Shown piece by piece: positions 15,325 to 37,900 of a stretch of 64,000 nt of DNA (within the stretch, counting starts at the first letter, position 1; every line of letters begins with the position of its first letter). The notes beneath the pieces were generated by a model. The model saw nothing but the letters and a program-made list of their open reading frames with translations. It was not told the DNA's origin and did no database searches. Source of the DNA: Chrysomallon squamiferum. Its lineage: Eukaryota > Animalia > Mollusca. A program made the translations under genes and the position numbers. The DNA is taken from assembly GCA_012295275.1 (NCBI GenBank), contig CM022672.1:21266001-21330000 (forward strand), read 5' to 3'.

Positions 15325-15566
15325 TAAAATAATAATAATAATAAATGAAAAATATAATAATAATAATAATAATAACAACAACAACAACAACAACAAAAAC
15401 AATAATAACAATAATAATGATAAAGATAATGACAGATAAATAAATAAATAAATAAATAAAATAAATAAATAAATAAATAAACAAACAAACAAACAAACAA
15501 ATAAACAAACAAACAAACAAACAAACAAACAAACAAACAAACAAACAAACAAACAAACAAACAAAC
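15325..15566. repeat. Compound microsatellite (TAA)n(CAA)n(TAAA)n(CAAA)n
   Basis: Direct reading. Confidence 0.95.
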
Positions 15567-17285
15567 CGCAGATTGAATTCACAATCAACATTTTTGAACG
15601 GTTATTAAAAGAAGCATTCAAGAAATGCATCGCATCTGGTGACATGGTTATGTGATTCATTACATATGTAAAACATTATTCTTGTTTTGTTAAGTATATA
15701 CTGTAATTATCCCCAATCAGGTATTTTAAGAAGCTCTGTGCCTTTAGTGAAGCTGTTTGTCAGTGTCTAACAAAAGAGTTACATTCGTGCTTCTAGTAAT
15801 TAAGTACCTCGAAATGAATCAGTCGGCAGCTCATCTGAGCCACGTTTAAGAAACCAATATGTATAGGCAAGCCGGGGTTGCCATGGACGTAAAACAAATC
15901 AAGATGTGATGGGATCTGCCTCGAACATTATCTGGAGGAAACAACACCCGGATGGGCGATCGACGCGCTCGCTAAGCGACGTCTTCTTGCCGGCCATGAT
16001 GGCACGTCTTGGCGCTGAAGTGCGTGAGCGAACAAAGACGACAACAACTTATCCGAGTTGTCATTAGGAAGCCATTACCTTGTTATCCTTCATAATTGTT
16101 GCACACGTGCTGCTCGTGAAAGCGGACGGGAGAGCAAAAGAGTTTCCGTAACAGTCGCCAATTTACAAGGCGAAAGGTAACACCCTCGACCTCTGGCGAT
16201 GAAGTCCGCCGAGGAAACGGGTGCTCGCGATTCATAATGGCCGCGTTGTTGTTAACTTAAATTGCCTTGCTTCTTAGGTTCATCTTTACGATGACGCGGA
16301 TGTCAGCGGCTTTAAAGAAAGGGTGGAAACATTGTGGATGATTACATGGTGGAACATTAGCTTTCGTTCATTACATTTGTCTAGTTTTCTTTATTTAGTG
16401 AGATGATGATTCACAAACCTGGGACACTCGTAGTGAGCTTTTGTACTAGCTTAAAGCAGACACCGAGTTCCGATGTTGGTTGTAAAGTTATGTTAAACCG
16501 TGAGAATAAATTTTTCTTGTGTTTAATTTATGTTGCAAATTCTGTTGGAAACATAGTATTAAATAGGCCTATAAGAAATAATAGTTATGGAAAATCATCT
16601 GGCATACTTAGTTGAATCTACACACACACACACACACACATATACAACATCATTTTGAACGTTTTAATAGTTAAACAAATAAAATAAAATTCTTAAAATT
16701 AAATTTTTTAAACATTTACTCCATTAACGTACTAATAAGTAAATAAATAAAAGAATAAATTAAAAATAAATTTAAAAATTTAAAAAAAACACAGATACAC
16801 AATCTCCAAAAATTTTACTTGAAATCAATAGCAATCGATAACAATTTAAAACTTTGGAAAAATAAAAACTATTCCTCTTAACAGCAATCCCAAATATAAC
16901 ATTAAACCTATAGCTAACCGCCCTTCATTTTAACAACAAAACAATAACACTGTATTCATTTGAAAAAAAATATTTTCAAAGATTGTTTTTACATGTTTTA
17001 CAGTAGAATTACATAAAAGCCGTTAATTTTCTTCATCGCTAGATTCATCACAAAAGTTTTAATAGAATCATAATCTTCAGAAATTAATTTTATCATGGAA
17101 TTACAATCAACCAAAAATTATATTAATCTTCTATTTACAGTGACTGCACAAGGTTTTTTTACATATCAATAAGATAAAGTGTTTAATTGGTTAAACGTGC
17201 AACTTTAACACAGGTTTAGATACAAAATGTTAGGCGTTTAATCTAAATTTAAATGTAACATTCGTTTTGATAATATCAATAAAAC

Positions 17286-17645
17286 AGACATTTGTAACGT
17301 ATAATGTTTAATCCATATTTACACATTTGCAACATACAATGTTTAATCCAGATTTAGAAATTTCTAATGTGCAATAATTAACTCAGGTTTACACATTTGT
17401 AAAGTAAATTGTTTAACCTGAGTTCAGAGATTTGTAAGGCATCAATGTTCAACCCATGTTTAAACATTTGCTAGGTATAATGTAAGATTAATTCAGGTTT
17501 AGATACATTTCAATAAGGAACAATATTTAGCATAAGTTTTCTTCGAAATAAAGCACAACAATTTAACCCAATTTTACGCATATACAACGTAGAAGATTTA
17601 ACTCAGGTTTGGGTACATAAAACGCACGAAGTTTAACCCAGATTC
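17286..17645. repeat. Degenerate 35-bp minisatellite (approx. ASACATTTGTAAYGTAYAATGTTTAAYCCAGRTTT)
   Basis: Clear units start at 17286, 17321, 17356, 17391, 17426 and 17462; more decayed copies continue to ~17645. Confidence 0.85.
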
Positions 17646-18039
17646 AAGTACACATCAAAAGGTGTGTCTTGGATCAAAATGTCAAGCATTCTGATATTTC
17701 CTTATCTAAAGATGACGGAGATACTGTTGTAGCGTCTTTGCCAAACAAATATTTCTCGTACATACATTGATACAATTAGTGCATTGAAAGAAACCGCCTA
17801 GTTTTCTATACGTTACACAGTGAGTCTCCTATTTAGCCTTCAGTAGTGTTTGCTTCTGTTATGTTGTAAGTAGCGAAACTACTGAATGAAAGAACGGCCC
17901 AAGGTCCCTTGCAACTGCTTGCAGTTCACGTATCTAAGATAAACATTTTAACATCTTGTTGTAGAACTGATTACGCTAATTATTATTATTAGATCTGAAA
18001 TTTATATGTTTGTTCATTGTCTGTTTAGTGTAATTATAT

Positions 18040-18679
18040 ATGTGTGTATGCATGTATGTATGTATGTCTGTCTGTCTGCCTGTATGTATGTATGTATGTA
18101 TGTATGTACGTTTGTATGAATGTATGTATGTATGTATGTATGTACGTATGTACGTATGTACATATGTATGTATGTATGTATTTATGTATGTACGTACGTA
18201 TGTATGAATGTGAATGCATGTATGTATGGGTGTATTTATGTATGTATGTACGTATTCATTCATTCATTCATTCATATATATATATATATATATATATTAC
18301 ATTTTATATACGTACATATGAATGTATGAATGTATGTATGTATGTACGTACGTATGTATGTATGTATGAATGTATGAATATAAGAATATATATATATATG
18401 TATGTATGTGTGTATGTGTCTGTGTATGTATGTGTATATTTATGTATGTATGTATTTATTCATTCATTCATATATATATATATTTTACATTTTATGATTT
18501 TATTTTTACTGCTATTATTGTTGTTGTAGATATTGTCGGTTTTGTTCTTGTTAACGATGTCGTCGTTTCGTTATTATAGTTATCAATATTGTTGTTGCAG
18601 TATCTTTTGCTTCTGCTGTCTTCACTTTCGATGTTATTGTTGCTGTTATTGTTTTATTACTGTTGCTGAAGTTGTTGTC

Positions 18680-18753
<74 letters not shown>

Positions 18754-18950
18754 CAAAATCAACCCGCAGCTTTGTTAGAATACTGACACGAGTTTTCTTT
18801 ATGGAGTTATTATTTTAATATTTACAACAACAAAAAGAAAAGGCAAAGACAAGAAGGTAAATGCTAATATTTTAGAGTAATTAAGAAGACAAGAAACATG
18901 TTATGATAATATATTATTAGTGATAGTAATAGTAGTAGTAGTAAGTACTA

Positions 18951-18998
<48 letters not shown>

Positions 18999-19032
18999 CA
19001 GTAGGAGTGGTAGGAGTAGTAGTAGTAGTAGT
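18040..19032. repeat. Microsatellite block: (TATG)n ~18040-18480, (TTA)n ~18682-18751, (TAG)n ~18920-19032
   Basis: Direct reading. Confidence 0.9.
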
Positions 19033-21271
19033 ATTGTTTATTTGTTGTTGGTGATATTATTTTTAATGTTTTTAACATTGTTTTCGAGTTGTAGTTGTTG
19101 TTGTTCTGGTGATTCCTCTAGTTATTAGCAGTTATTTATTAAAAATAAAATAACAAACTTCATATAATTGCAAATATTAAAATATTTTCAAAATGTTTGT
19201 AAACGTTAATGATTTTTTTCTCTCTCAAAATTTTTATTTATTTATTATTATTACGGAATATAGTTTCCTTTTGTTTCAGAAAAATAATGTTCCTTATCAA
19301 TATTATAAAAAATAAATAAATATTTTTTCTTTTTTTAGAAAAATAAATCAGAAACCAAATCGTAATTTACTTAGCTTGTAGATTTACATAAAGTCATTTA
19401 TATAAATGTCATTAATATATTTATCGTATTATGGATTACATTAACAAACAAATATATTTTTATACAGTTTTATCCTAATTTTTTTTAAAATTGTACAGAT
19501 ATATTGCTTCAAACAACACAGATAGAAAGACAGATGGTCATATATTATAAAACTAAATTAATGTTTAACTTCATACAACATTTTAATATTAACACTATTG
19601 GTTTTTGGATGATATAAGATTAATCTGTTTCCTCTTGCCGATCAGATGTAATGAACTTTTATATCAGTTTATTGAAGCCAGGGTAACAAAAATCATGATG
19701 CTGGAAAGAAAAAACAACAAAGCAGTCGTGGAAAATAGGCTCAGACTGTACATATCCGATTGGCACTTTTGTAACGACTGTACATATAATCCCAAGACAG
19801 CGTTTGGTCACTTAATTTTTGGTTTAAAGAAAGATTTAACGACAAAATAAATGAAATGTTTGATCTTTTAAAACAAATAGAAACTGATAATCCTCTCTAC
19901 AGTTTTAGTAAAAGTGATGTTTTCATTATGTATTACAGTATCAGTGATAGAGATGCATGTATTTAAGTTTTTCGGTAAAAAGGACAATGGTTTTATTATT
20001 ATTTCATGAAATTTTATTATCTCTTTTAAATTACTTTCAATAATATTATTTTTTATTAAACATATTTTTTAGTTCGTTTTATTCTTCTTTGTTCCTATTT
20101 CTCCTCCTTCCCCGTCTCCTAAATTTTTTAATAAATTATTTTTAGTGATAGTACTTTACGAAACTCGTGTTTTCCAAGACAGTCGTATTTTATGTACTAC
20201 GCACTTATCTAGTACGCCGAGTACTCAAACGACCATGTTAAAACTTGACAACAACGTCAATTGTGTAAACATCTTTCTGGGCGGCCGTCCAGCACAACTC
20301 GGAATAAATTGTCTTTAAGTAGCGGTGGCACCCAGGCTTGAAATGAAACGTCATTGCACCAAGTCTAAATCATTGTTTTCGGCTTGCATTTAGTGCGCGA
20401 TTCTTTGTTTCATCCACGAAAACCGCGTGATTTCGGTTGATTTCGTCTGCGTTAAGTGTCGCCCGTTTCTTTGTAGTCTGTTGCGAAGAAAAAAACACTA
20501 ATTGGGCTATCTATATTCCGTATGAGCAGGCATATATTTGCTAAGAAAATAAATGATAAATTCTGATTTCTGATTTATTTCGTTTTTCTAGAAGTCTGTA
20601 GTCTTTGAGGAGTAATTGAGAAAACAGGATTTTATATTTGTACTCTCATGGTAGGTCAGAAGGTGACATTTGACTGCTCAGAAACAATTTCTATATGATA
20701 ATTATTGCATTCCTAGAGGTTGTTGCCTGTTCTAATTGTTCCCAACACACAGAGGTTTTCATTGTTTCTGCTCTCTGCTTTCATTTTCTTTGCCAACATT
20801 GAACATCTAAGAAAGAGTTTCTGTAACTTCTGTTTTATTTTTCCCTTCATTCTTTATATTCTAGCTAAGCTATTTGAGTTTGAAATGACCTTAGTTACGT
20901 GGTTTCATGTATCTATTTAAATTTCTCCATAAGACTTTGAAATTGTCGGATTTTTAAAATATTATTAAATAATTATTTTGCTGTCTGTCCTCTTCTGTAT
21001 TTGCTTACATGATGACATGAATGATACCTAACTTGTACTGGAGTGGGTAAGATTGTATTATGTTAATTTTACTAAATTACTGTGTTTCTTCAGTACGTAA
21101 TCCAGTTTCAGCGTTATCTACAGGCTAAAACTTTACTAAAGACGATCTAATGAATTTGTATCTTTTCAATTAACTTTAAGTACGTGCCTATACTCGGTTT
21201 GATAGACGGACAGTCAGACAAACAGACTACTAGACAGACAGGCAGATCATCAGTCTAGTTCAGCCATTTCA

Positions 21272-21306
<35 letters not shown>

Positions 21307-23420
21307 GTGAGCCAATGATTAAAAAAAAAAATAGCATTTCTTTTTTATTGCTACTGCATGCTTCTATGTGCGTACCTCTGTACATATGTATGTATGAATG
21401 CATGCATGTATGTACGTATATTTTTATGTATGTATGTATGTATGTATGTATGTTTGTTTGTATGTATGTATTTATTTATTTATGTATGAAAGCATGCACG
21501 TCTATATTTATAAATTTATACATTATTCTTTACATCTCTGCCATCTTTGTGTGTATATATTAATTTATGTACGGGTGTATCCAGACAATGTGATTTAAAG
21601 AATATGCACCCTAGTGAATATACCTCCAGAACGGATTGGGCTAGTCGTCCATTAGCATTATACGTTATTGTAAAGGCTTAGAAAAAATAATGTTCTACGG
21701 CTTTTTAACAATCTAAACTGCATGTTCTTTGATGGGGTGGATTATAGGTGTCTATGTTAATGGCGTGTAGTTGTTGTTGGCGATTTTCCTTTCAACAAAG
21801 ACGATCCCAAATACCATAACGGGATGCAAGTTTTTTTTTTTTTACTTCGCTGAAAGGACTCTGACGTGTAAATTACCTTGAGCGTTTCAGCACAAAGGTA
21901 TCCACTACACAAATAATCGCTTAATGTTCCTTTTATTACCCTTCCTGTAGATTTGAGTTAAACTCTTCAAGAGCAATAAAACTGTTGTCGTCACGGCAGA
22001 GTTATTCCCTCCTGCCTTCTACCGCGGACCCCCAAGTGTTACGCTGCGATGAAAGTGGAGATCACTGCACAAGAACACAGCCAATCTGATTACAGTCTTG
22101 TAAAGGCCGATATTACTAATTAGGACTAATAATAGTTCCACACGTATTTAATTGCTACCCCACCTCTTGACGAATAAATACGTAAAGGGCCCTCTGGGGT
22201 CCACGCTTGTTTGCGCTTCGATTGGCTGTTTTCTTTGCTTCAACAAGCCCTAGGGGTGCGCGCGCATGTACGATATGGTAATTGCTTCTGCTTCCACCTG
22301 CGTTTTGAACAAACATCTCCTTTTCGATTGATGTCAGTGATAGGTTTAGCGATGAAAGCGTCACATAATTGAAATCGCAAATAAAGAAGATAAGCTGCTA
22401 GTCTGAAGCAATTCCCGTTACACTAACCTCCAACGTTTTCTTGTATATCTCTTTTAACTTTAATTACTGTTCTAAGTAATTTAAACGTTAAAGTACTCAG
22501 ATACTCAAGTGCTTGATGAAGTCGTTATATAATTAATTTTTCGCCACAGCTAATAGCCACAAGTAACCTGAGATAATTGTAATTCTGATAAAATTACGAG
22601 ATTAGTTGAATGAAATAAAACATTTAGCCTACTTCAGTTGTAACAAAGGTACTAACATAAACAAAAAGTGTTGCTCTATTGTTATTACACGTAGCCTAAA
22701 AAAAATGCGAAAGGTACTCTAATCAAGATTTTTACATGAAATGAAATGTTTTGCCTACTTCAAATATAACATAAGTACTAACAAAAGTTTTTAGTTATAG
22801 GTCACACTATACAGAAAGCATGTATATTATACATTTAGTCTGGAGATGTTTAGAATGAATATACTCTGTCAAGGTTACTTAAGTAAACTACAGCGTTTCG
22901 CTTATAGCATAGCAAAAATATCAAATGAAATAAGTATCTCATTTAATTTAATTTATAAATATATTAAAATGTAACTGCTACATTTTGTATGGAAATTCCT
23001 AGACATATTTGAATAATAAATATCCAAATGTTTCATTTGGGACAGTTTGCAATAAAAGCAAAAGTATCATTTTCATACGAATTATCTAAGTTTAATAGTA
23101 AAGACAAAGTGTGTGTTACTAAATATGTTCCTATCCTAATCTATTATATCAATGTTAGTAAAGTTAAGAAAGAAAAGTCAGACTCAATAGGGAAAATTAA
23201 AATTTGACATAGAGTCTTAGTTTAGTAAATTTATATAAAGATGTGAGTTTGACATATAAAAGGTAATCAAATTTCGACCTTTATCGCTAAAATAATAAAA
23301 AGTAAATAATTTTATACTTTCAGATTGACATCTATCATATTATTTTCTCTTCACTTGAAATCTATTGTCAGAATGTATATAAATAATATGCATATATATA
23401 TATATCTATCTATCTATCTA

Positions 23421-23457
<37 letters not shown>

Positions 23458-23625
23458 AAACATAAATAAGAAATTCGAGAATTTTAAATATAGCTTCTAA
23501 TTAATAAAACATAGATAATTATCTTTTAAAGTTCTGTTTATTGTTTTTCTATTCAAGAACATTTTGTCAATTCTGACAGTTTCGTTTTTATTTGATCATA
23601 ATTATAATCATCATCATCATCATCA

Positions 23626-23666
<41 letters not shown>

Positions 23667-23895
23667 TACAAATATTAGTTTTTATTTATTTTATTTTATT
23701 TATATATGTTCAATATTTATGGAAACTCTAAGAACTGTTAAATCTGTGTATTTGTAACTTTGCACAAACCGAGGCGGATCTTGATTTTAGGATCACGTGA
23801 GTGTCATCGTAACTTTTAGCATAAAATAAGACATAAAAAAATAATATTAAAAAAAAAAAAAAAAATCTTTTTTTTTTTTTTTTTTAGAAAGAGAG

Positions 23896-23942
<47 letters not shown>

Positions 23943-24524
23943 TCATTAATAAATTAAAACATTTTTTTTTAAAAATTCTCATAATTTAGCGTGGAGAGTG
24001 TGCCATGTATGCCCTTGATGAATTCTGGCTTCATACAAAGAAACTCGTTGTAAAACACAGAAGACGCCAAACAATCAATCCATGTTATTTATTTTTTTTT
24101 TTTTTTTTTTTTCCATCACCAAGTGGGCAAGGGTAAAAACCAGATGATAATCACAGTAATAACCTTTACGGTCACCCAGAGAGATAATCGTAACACGACA
24201 CGTTCATTACGCTTAACGTGTACATAAACATATAGGTAATTTGCACGGCACAAAAACACCCACTGGTCTGTCCGTACGACCTCGCTGACTCCGGCTCTTG
24301 GGAGTTTCCCTCTTGCACGTCGGGAGTAGCGGGGTGTCCCGGGGTACCCGAGTACGGTTTGTTTTCTTCGTAGCAGCAAGGGGCCAGGATACATTTAATC
24401 AGTGCGCCAAATTACCCTGAAAGAACGATTGTTCATTTATGATTAATGACTTTATAATAGCTCCATGGATTAAATTTTGTCACCTTCCGCCATTGTGACA
24501 AAAGCAAGGCGAAATCTTTATGCG

Positions 24525-24564
<40 letters not shown>

Positions 24565-24986
24565 CGTTGTCTAGTTGCCCATTGCTTTTTGGGGGAGGCG
24601 ATTCTTTATCTTAAACAAATCGAAAAAGTGGAGTTATGATATATGAACCATAATTGTTGAGAAAGACAAAAATTGACTATTAAATTTTGACTGCTGGTGT
24701 CAGTGTCACATATATTTATTTTAATGAAAGCAATGTCAACTGAAGATTTTTGAAGAAAATGATTTCGTGGGAAGAACTAGGTTCTCTTGATTTATTGACT
24801 GTGGAAGAAAATGATGAAGTCTGGAAATACAGTTTTTAGTACGTGTTCTGGAGATAAATTTTATTTGATTGTTAACATGCCAGTAAGTTTTATAGAAAGC
24901 TTTATAAATTATGTGCTCTTTTAATTTGAAAATGTAGGAATTATTTATTTTATTTCTTTCTGTTTTCTACTTTTTTCTTTCCTTTA

Positions 24987-25022
<36 letters not shown>

Positions 25023-25149
25023 TAATTCTTAATGATTTTTATTTTGTTGTTCTTGTTGTTACTATGTTGTGATTTTTGTTGTTCATTGTTTTTGTTGTTG
25101 GTTGTGGTGTTTTCTGTTGTTGTTCTGTTTCCTTTTGTTTTGGGGTTGT

Positions 25150-25190
25150 ATTTTATTTTATTTATTTATTTATTTGTTTATTTATTTATC

Positions 25191-25257
<67 letters not shown>

Positions 25258-25610
25258 GTTATATTATTATTATTATTATTATCATTATTATTATTATTAT
25301 TATTATTATTTTGTTGTTAGTTTTTCGTTTTATCCAATATTGTTTTTCTCTACATCCTTTGGCGTTTTTTTTTTTTTTTTTTAGAGAGAACTGCTACAGA
25401 GAACTGTATTAGAGAGACATGTTTTAATAACAGGGGTGTCCTGATACATATGAACAAACATACAAGCGACACTCAACCTTAATAATACCTTTTTTATTGT
25501 TTTTACGATTATGGTTATCAGATTTGAAACCAGCTGCCGCAAAATATGAATAACGAATCATAGGCGAAAAAACATTTTATTTCAACAATATTCAAAACAG
25601 AATACTTTTA

Positions 25611-25689
<79 letters not shown>

Positions 25690-25710
25690 ATATATATATA
25701 TATATATCTG
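25150..25710. repeat. (TTTA)n/(TTA)n at ~25150-25310 and (CT)n(GT)n(AT)n at ~25616-25710
   Basis: Direct reading. Confidence 0.9.
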
Positions 25711-26619
25711 TCTATCGATCTGTTTATCTATTTGTCCCTGTTTGCCTCTCTTTCTCAGTTCTGCCTGATCTCTCTTTCTTTCATAATTTCTCATTCTCCG
25801 TCTTCCTGTCTCAACATTCAGTTAAAAATGTCATAACAACACATTAAGTAGGAAGGAGCCTTACACTCGCAAAAACAACTAAAAACACTGAGACACACTC
25901 AAATACAAACATACAAAAACTAATGCACTTAACTGTCGCACAAAAACACTTGTCACCTTACCTCTGTATAATTTCCAACAACCTTAAAACTTCCCCCCTC
26001 TCCCACTCACTCCCTTTCTTCTACTGATTTATACGGCTATGACGGAGACTGTTTTTTTTTTTTTTTTTTTTTTTTTTATGGTGTAAACATAAAGATAATA
26101 TAACATGTATTTTACCTGTTAAGAGGTAAAATAAGTATCTTACAAGGCCTTGTAGCGACAGTGGCAAGTTTCGGGTTTCTGATGTTCACGTTTAATATGT
26201 TTCCACGTCCTACAAATTTTTCCCTCGCATTTTGCTTGCACAGCCCAGAATAAGACAGGTAATTCTATCCCGCGGTCGTCGACGTCTTTTGCAGAGGAGG
26301 TAAGACTTTAATCGACTGTTTGAAATGTTTAGATGGACGCAATTCGATAGTGTGCATTAAATTAGAAATTGTGCGTGCCGTTTTGGAAACATCGCGGATA
26401 ATTTATATACCTGAACGCGGCTTGCGAATAAGTCTGCTGTTGTTGTTGTTTTGTTTTTTTTAGCCTTGTTATGTCTTTTACTTTTTATTTATTTATTTTG
26501 TATTTTTATGTTTTTTCTTAGTTTTTAATTTTTTAATTTTTTAATTTTTTAATTTTTTTCAGTTGTTACTACAAATAGGTTAATTCATGGATGACAGCCA
26601 ATGCAATACGTTATATTGT

Positions 26620-26648
26620 GAAATAAATAAATAATAATAATAATAATA

Positions 26649-26690
<42 letters not shown>

Positions 26691-26698
26691 TATTTATG

Positions 26699-26737
<39 letters not shown>

Positions 26738-26989
26738 TAATTAATTAAGTCTAATTTAAACATTAGCACGTACTGACAATATTTTCTTCTTCTTTAATTA
26801 AATAAAAACCGAAATTACTTAATCAACTTTAATTATTTTTCACAAACCTTTATGAAATGGATTATTAGAAAAAATATCATTTACATTAATTTATCACACT
26901 AAATTATTGCATGTTAGATTTATACAAATAATTTACCAACATGATCTTTGAAATTTTAATTTTCTTATGCCAACACAAAAGAAAAAAAA

Positions 26990-27025
<36 letters not shown>

Positions 27026-27049
27026 ATATATAAATAAATAAATAAAATA

Positions 27050-27081
<32 letters not shown>

Positions 27082-27095
27082 ATGAATGAATGAAT
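26620..27095. repeat. (TAA)n/(TTA)n and (TAAA)n microsatellites
   Basis: Direct reading. Confidence 0.85.
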
Positions 27096-27395
27096 ATGTG
27101 TCTTTTTTAGTAATTTGTTAGATGAAAACGGAAAAAAGTCAGCATTCATTAACTAATTCTAATTAGTTTGTTTTATAAAAAAAAATTAATTGATAGTTAA
27201 CTAGTCAGAACTAAATGTATTAATGAAGAAATAAATTAAATATTCTTTTTGTAGTGCAAAAAAAAAAAAAAAAAAAAAAAATAAAAAAAATATTACAAAG
27301 AAAAAGAAGAAAAAAAAAAAAAATATTCTTCAAAAACTATCACAAAGAAAAAGAAGAAGAAATAAAACAACATGATTACATACAACAAACGTTAC

Positions 27396-27401
27396 TTTAA
27401 T
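27396..27401 (-). terminator. Candidate poly(A) signal (ATTAAA) of Emx-a
   Basis: ATTAAA on the minus strand ~670 nt after the stop, followed by a GT-rich tract (gtttgttgtatgtaatcatgttgtttt), near where complex sequence gives way to simple repeats. Confidence 0.3.
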
Positions 27402-28070
27402 TCAATAATAAATTATTAGTATCTTTTCATAATTATTAACACAAATTCGCACCAGTATATGTATTATATAAGCCAACCACATTAAGTCAAACAAATGTTG
27501 TGGTCCGGTCGCACATCCATAATTACTTTGTTCTCGCACACAAGTGGACATTTCTATGCAGCTACATGTCAACGGGGGAGGTGTGTCATTAAAAGATAAA
27601 TTACCTTTAAAATAATGTTCGGTTGACATTTCAGAATGTTATAAAACTATTTCTGCAAATTCAATGGCCAATATTTAAATGAACGAAAACCTGGAATTCT
27701 GTTTTTTTTTTTCTTTTAAATATTTGTGTTTAATTCTATGTTTAACGACTGCTGCCTCTTCCGGTCAGAAACATTCCAAAGTACATGTTCCAGGAGCGAA
27801 AATGGCCGAAGTCAATTGTGATATATATATATATTTTTTTTTTTCTTTCTTTCTTTTGTTTGTTTGTTGTTGTTGAGTGATCAAGAACGCACGCGACGTG
27901 ACACTGGAATTTTGTGTCAGTTCATTTTTGCTTGTTGATTAATGCCTGTCTCATCAAGAGCGATCACCCGTTCCATTTGCTGGTCTTAACGAATAAAACG
28001 ACACCCACTTGGCATTAGAGAATCGTGTGTATCAAATTCGTGTCATTCTGACATTGATTTATGTCTTCTT

Positions 28071-36419
<8,349 letters not shown>

Positions 36420-36565
36420 TTTATTTTATTTTATCTTCTCACCTTTATATTCTGTTTGTTAATATTCTTATTATTATTTATCTCCCAATATTCCTCTCCT
36501 TTTTTTTTATCACAAAGTCTTGTAATAATATTCTCAAAAAATATATATAAACACAGTTTTAAAAA

Positions 36566-36598
<33 letters not shown>

Positions 36599-36759
36599 AA
36601 AATACGCAGCTGTTCGTTATTTTTGTCTTAAAATTTCCAGTTTGACGATTTCAGGATGGTTAACACAGTGACGTGAACATCTTGCTGTCCCACGGAAACG
36701 AATGGGAAAAAAACTCAACAACACAACAGCTCTAAGAGGTTTCCAAGATATGAACATAA

Positions 36760-36965
36760 ACGGCTTGTACCGCGAACTACCAGTGTGACCGTTTCTCCAT
36801 TACAAAACGTCCGACTAACCCGCCGAGTCAATAATTGCTTTGCAGCAATTGACGCGATAGGGGGCGTAGCACGTGACACTGTGGTAGGCGGGTTGTTTGC
36901 TCCGCCTCCAAACTAGCTCGTAAAATTACATTTGATCAACGCTGTTAGTTGTGGGCGGAGTCAGA
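36760..36965 (-). promoter_or_regulatory. Probable proximal promoter of Emx-a
   Basis: CpG-rich patch 350-550 nt upstream of the ATG. Contains GC box GGGCGGAG (36953-36960), AGGGGGCG (~36859-36866), CCGCCTCC (~36902) and E-box CACGTG (36870-36875). No clear TATA box. TSS not determinable. Confidence 0.55.
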
Positions 36966-37830
36966 AAAATTCATGCTTAGAACGAGAAATAGCAGAACGA
37001 ATCTTAAAGGTTTTTTTTTTTTTTTCTTTCTTTCTTTCTTTTCTTTGCCGTATTGGAGTAATTTAGCTTTGGAATATAGTTAGCTATATATAATTATGCA
37101 GACAAACACACAAAATACACAAACAACAAACAAAAACATATAAAAACGAAGTAAAAGAGATAATTAAATATTACATATATCAAATAAATAAAGCATGAAA
37201 CATCAAACAGGATATAAAAAAAAAAATTGAATATAAACACAAATAAATTGAAAACAAAATAACATAACTAAATAAAAGAAACAAGAAGTTAAAACAAAAA
37301 AAGTAAAAGAAAAACGAAAACACCCACAAATGAAATAATAAAATGAATCATACGTTGATATTTAGAATTAAATAATAATAACAATAATAAGAAGAAGATA
37401 CCTTTTGTGTAGCATAAGCAAACAAAGAAAATATATTTCGGAAAATTAGAACAATAAAACATCCTTGACAGTATCTACTAAGAGGAATGGCAGTATAATT
37501 AATAATTAATGGCATTTTTACCTAACAACTGACAAATTTATACTGACATTTATTTTATAATGAATTATTGAGACTTAATCTAACAATTAAAAAAGTGGGT
37601 TGGAAAAAAAAAGCAAGAAGCCTATCGATGTCTTACTTTTTCTTTTTCATTACATAGACAGACATATATATCATAAAGACAGAGAGACAGATATGCATAC
37701 ATATGTAACCATAGATACAGACAATGGGTGAGTGCTGGATTTAGTGCGTCCGTGCATGTGTGTGTGTGTGTAAGTATGACCAATATGATAACAATAAAAA
37801 TAATAATATTAATAACAGACCTTTGTTTAA

Positions 37831-37900
37831 TGACGTCATATTTCTCCAGAACGTCTGACGTCATAAAGGCAATTACGTGATTCTAACATGGATACGTCAT
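37831..37900. promoter_or_regulatory. bZIP/CRE site cluster ~1.4 kb upstream of the Emx-a ATG
   Basis: TGACGTCA at 37831-37838 and 37856-37863, TTACGTGA at 37873-37880, TACGTCAT at 37893-37900. Confidence 0.5.

Noticed and set aside
22613-22786. Diverged ~60-65 bp direct repeat (GCCTACTTCA...GTACTAACA)
   Set aside because: Only two convincing copies in AT-rich DNA; probably a decayed local duplication.
23848-23886. A17-TC-T18 hairpin
   Set aside because: Homopolymer runs are ubiquitous in this window, so adjacency is likely chance.
1-27400. A third homeobox gene
   Set aside because: No further WFQNRR-coding or helix-1 exon noticed on either strand by eye; TBLASTN would be decisive.
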